A stretch of DNA of 26,145 bases from a virus (Duplodnaviria; Caudoviricetes): positions 1-26,145 of the IMG/VR virus record IMGVR_UViG_3300017728_000093; one strand, written 5' to 3'. This document shows positions 25,147-26,145 of this stretch, piece after piece (within the stretch, counting starts at the first letter, position 1; every line of letters starts with the position of its first letter). A program made the position numbers and the translations under genes. Below the pieces are notes generated by a model. That model was not told where the DNA came from and did not search any database. It saw only the letters and a list, made by a program, of their open reading frames with translations.

Positions 25147-25217
25147 CATCCCTCCATCTTTATCATCAACCATATACCTACTACTCCTATTGTTAAAATT
25201 ATAAAATACATCTCCAT
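25146..25217 (-). CDS. Putative 23-aa single-TM micropeptide
   Basis: MEMYFIILTIGVVGIWLMIKMEG*; TAATG overlap at the start and TGATG overlap at the end. Confidence 0.5.
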   Translation of the reverse strand: MEMYFIILTIGVVGIWLMIKMEG

Positions 25218-25504
25218 TAATTTAGTTCCTCAATAAGTCTTTCAATATACCAACGACACTTTCTTAAGTCTTCAATAGGCTTTCCCTTATAGTCATAGCG
25301 CCAAAGATATTTTAGTGCGTTACCTTTCAGGTATCCGTTAAACTCATTGATGGGCATGGAGGCTTTGATTGCCTCGATAGCTTCTATAGATCCTTTATTA
25401 TAATGATCTGGTTGCGTTACTGGATCAGTATCTTTTCGAATAGAGAGTTTATTCAACTCCCTTACAGCATCCCACTGACTCGGCGTTGCATCATCTATTG
25501 ACAT
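25217..25504 (-). CDS. DUF3310 family protein (T7 gp1.7 nucleotide-kinase-like)
   Basis: DPV..PDHY..G.IEAIEAI......F.GYLKGNALKYLWRY..KG.P.EDL.K..WY; GGAGG RBS. Confidence 0.88.
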   Translation of the reverse strand: MSIDDATPSQWDAVRELNKLSIRKDTDPVTQPDHYNKGSIEAIEAIKASMPINEFNGYLKGNALKYLWRYDYKGKPIEDLRKCRWYIERLIEELN

Positions 25505-25674
25505 CAATATCCTCCTTCTCGAATACGATTAAGTATATCATAGGTTTGTTCATAGCTCAAGTTTAAAGCTTGAAGTCCTTTAAGAACTGAATCATAATCT
25601 GGATTAGAATTACAATAGATGTTTACAAATACGAGGTCTGAAACAATTGCCTCAACTTCTTTTGTTTCTAACAT
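25504..25674 (-). CDS. Hypothetical protein (56 aa), not in the ORF track
   Basis: MLETKEVEAIVSDLVFVNIYCNSNPDYDSVLKGLQALNLSYEQTYDILNRIREGGY*; AAGGAG RBS; TGATG overlap with DUF3310. Confidence 0.75.
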   Translation of the reverse strand: MLETKEVEAIVSDLVFVNIYCNSNPDYDSVLKGLQALNLSYEQTYDILNRIREGGY

Positions 25675-25685
25675 TACTATCTCCT

Positions 25686-25838
25686 TTATATAAACTTACC
25701 TGTCAAAAAAGAATCTATCATTTGAATACAAGAATACTGTAGAAACAACGCACCTAAAATTCCCCCGAAAGGATACACTACATAAGCTTTCCACGGGTTG
25801 TCACGAAGCCATTGCTCTAGTTCTTGATCTGTCATCAT
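25686..25838 (-). CDS. Small membrane protein (50 aa), not in the ORF track
   Basis: MMTDQELEQWLRDNPWKAYVVYPFGGILGALFLQYSCIQMIDSFLTGKFI*; ATGA overlap with the upstream gene. Confidence 0.68.
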   Translation of the reverse strand: MMTDQELEQWLRDNPWKAYVVYPFGGILGALFLQYSCIQMIDSFLTGKFI

Positions 25839-26113
25839 ATTATATTTACATATTCATCGTTAATGATTGTTTGAATATGTACATAACCTTCAGGCCAATA
25901 TGTGTAAGACTCTTTCAAGGCCTTTGCAGTTCTGTGTACTGAGGCTTCAAAGTGTTCATGCATTCCCAGCTCTTCTTTATAATACCAGAATGGTATACGT
26001 AAGACAGGTTCTGCTGGTCCGTGTTCCTCGTAATATACTATAATCTCTGCATCGTTACCTACGGGACCGTCGTTACCAAAGTGTTTTGTGTGTTTGTTAT
26101 CTGGCTGTTTCAT
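25835..26113 (-). CDS. Hypothetical protein (92 aa)
   Basis: AGGA RBS; co-oriented with the early/replication arm. Confidence 0.75.
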   Translation of the reverse strand: MKQPDNKHTKHFGNDGPVGNDAEIIVYYEEHGPAEPVLRIPFWYYKEELGMHEHFEASVHRTAKALKESYTYWPEGYVHIQTIINDEYVNII

Positions 26114-26145
26114 AAGACTTCCTAATTAACTATGTGTCCAGCAAA

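Larger units (their letters stand above)
1..26145. mobile_element. Bacteriophage genome fragment (T7-related podovirus, SIO1/Cobavirus/Zobellviridae-like organisation)
   Basis: PolA, gp4-like primase-helicase, gp2.5-like SSB, endonuclease I and class II RNR on the - strand; holin, lysozyme and large virion-type proteins on the + strand; very tight gene packing with TAATG/ATGA overlaps; no host housekeeping genes or integrase seen. Confidence 0.93.

Noticed and set aside
16606-25204. + strand and alternate-frame ORFs in the replication arm (e.g. 16758-17081, 17284-17682, 19445-19825, 21446-21805, 22900-23232, 24731-25204)
   Set aside because: Shadows of RNR, exonuclease, polymerase, helicase and small operon genes.
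1-26145. Stop-codon reassignment, tRNA genes or repeated phage-RNAP promoters
   Set aside because: TAA, TAG and TGA all end well-defined genes at high coding density; there is no intergenic space or cloverleaf for a tRNA; no recurring ~20-bp upstream motif was noticed by eye.

Overview
The whole window is a densely coded fragment of a tailed dsDNA phage genome, most like marine T7-related podoviruses of the SIO1/Cobavirus/Zobellviridae type (inferred from gene content and layout). Two convergent arms meet at ~15.75 kb. The + arm (1-15753) has small membrane/lysis genes including a 3-TM holin. It then has six large probable internal-virion/ejection proteins (1346, 413, 201, 527, 1160 and 620 aa), a GH24 lysozyme and a cluster of tiny Lys-rich proteins. 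The - arm (26113 to 15740) is a replication module: DUF3310/gp1.7-like protein, gp2.5-like SSB, gp4-like primase-helicase, family A DNA polymerase (Tyr762 type), GIY-YIG/T5orf172 nuclease, Cas4-like exonuclease, endonuclease I-like resolvase and a class II (B12) ribonucleotide reductase. The most interesting signals are: (1) an R-x-x-F-x-x-G-G motif at domain boundaries in three different large virion proteins; (2) 50 uninterrupted 11-residue Asn/Gln repeats (550 aa) in the 1346-aa protein; (3) an ADP-ribosyltransferase-like domain in the 620-aa protein; (4) a basic-protein gene present as two halves, with an antisense membrane gene between them sharing an overlapping CATG start; (5) an identical GDEI C-terminus on the SSB and the primase-helicase. 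No database searches were run; all family calls come from motif recognition.
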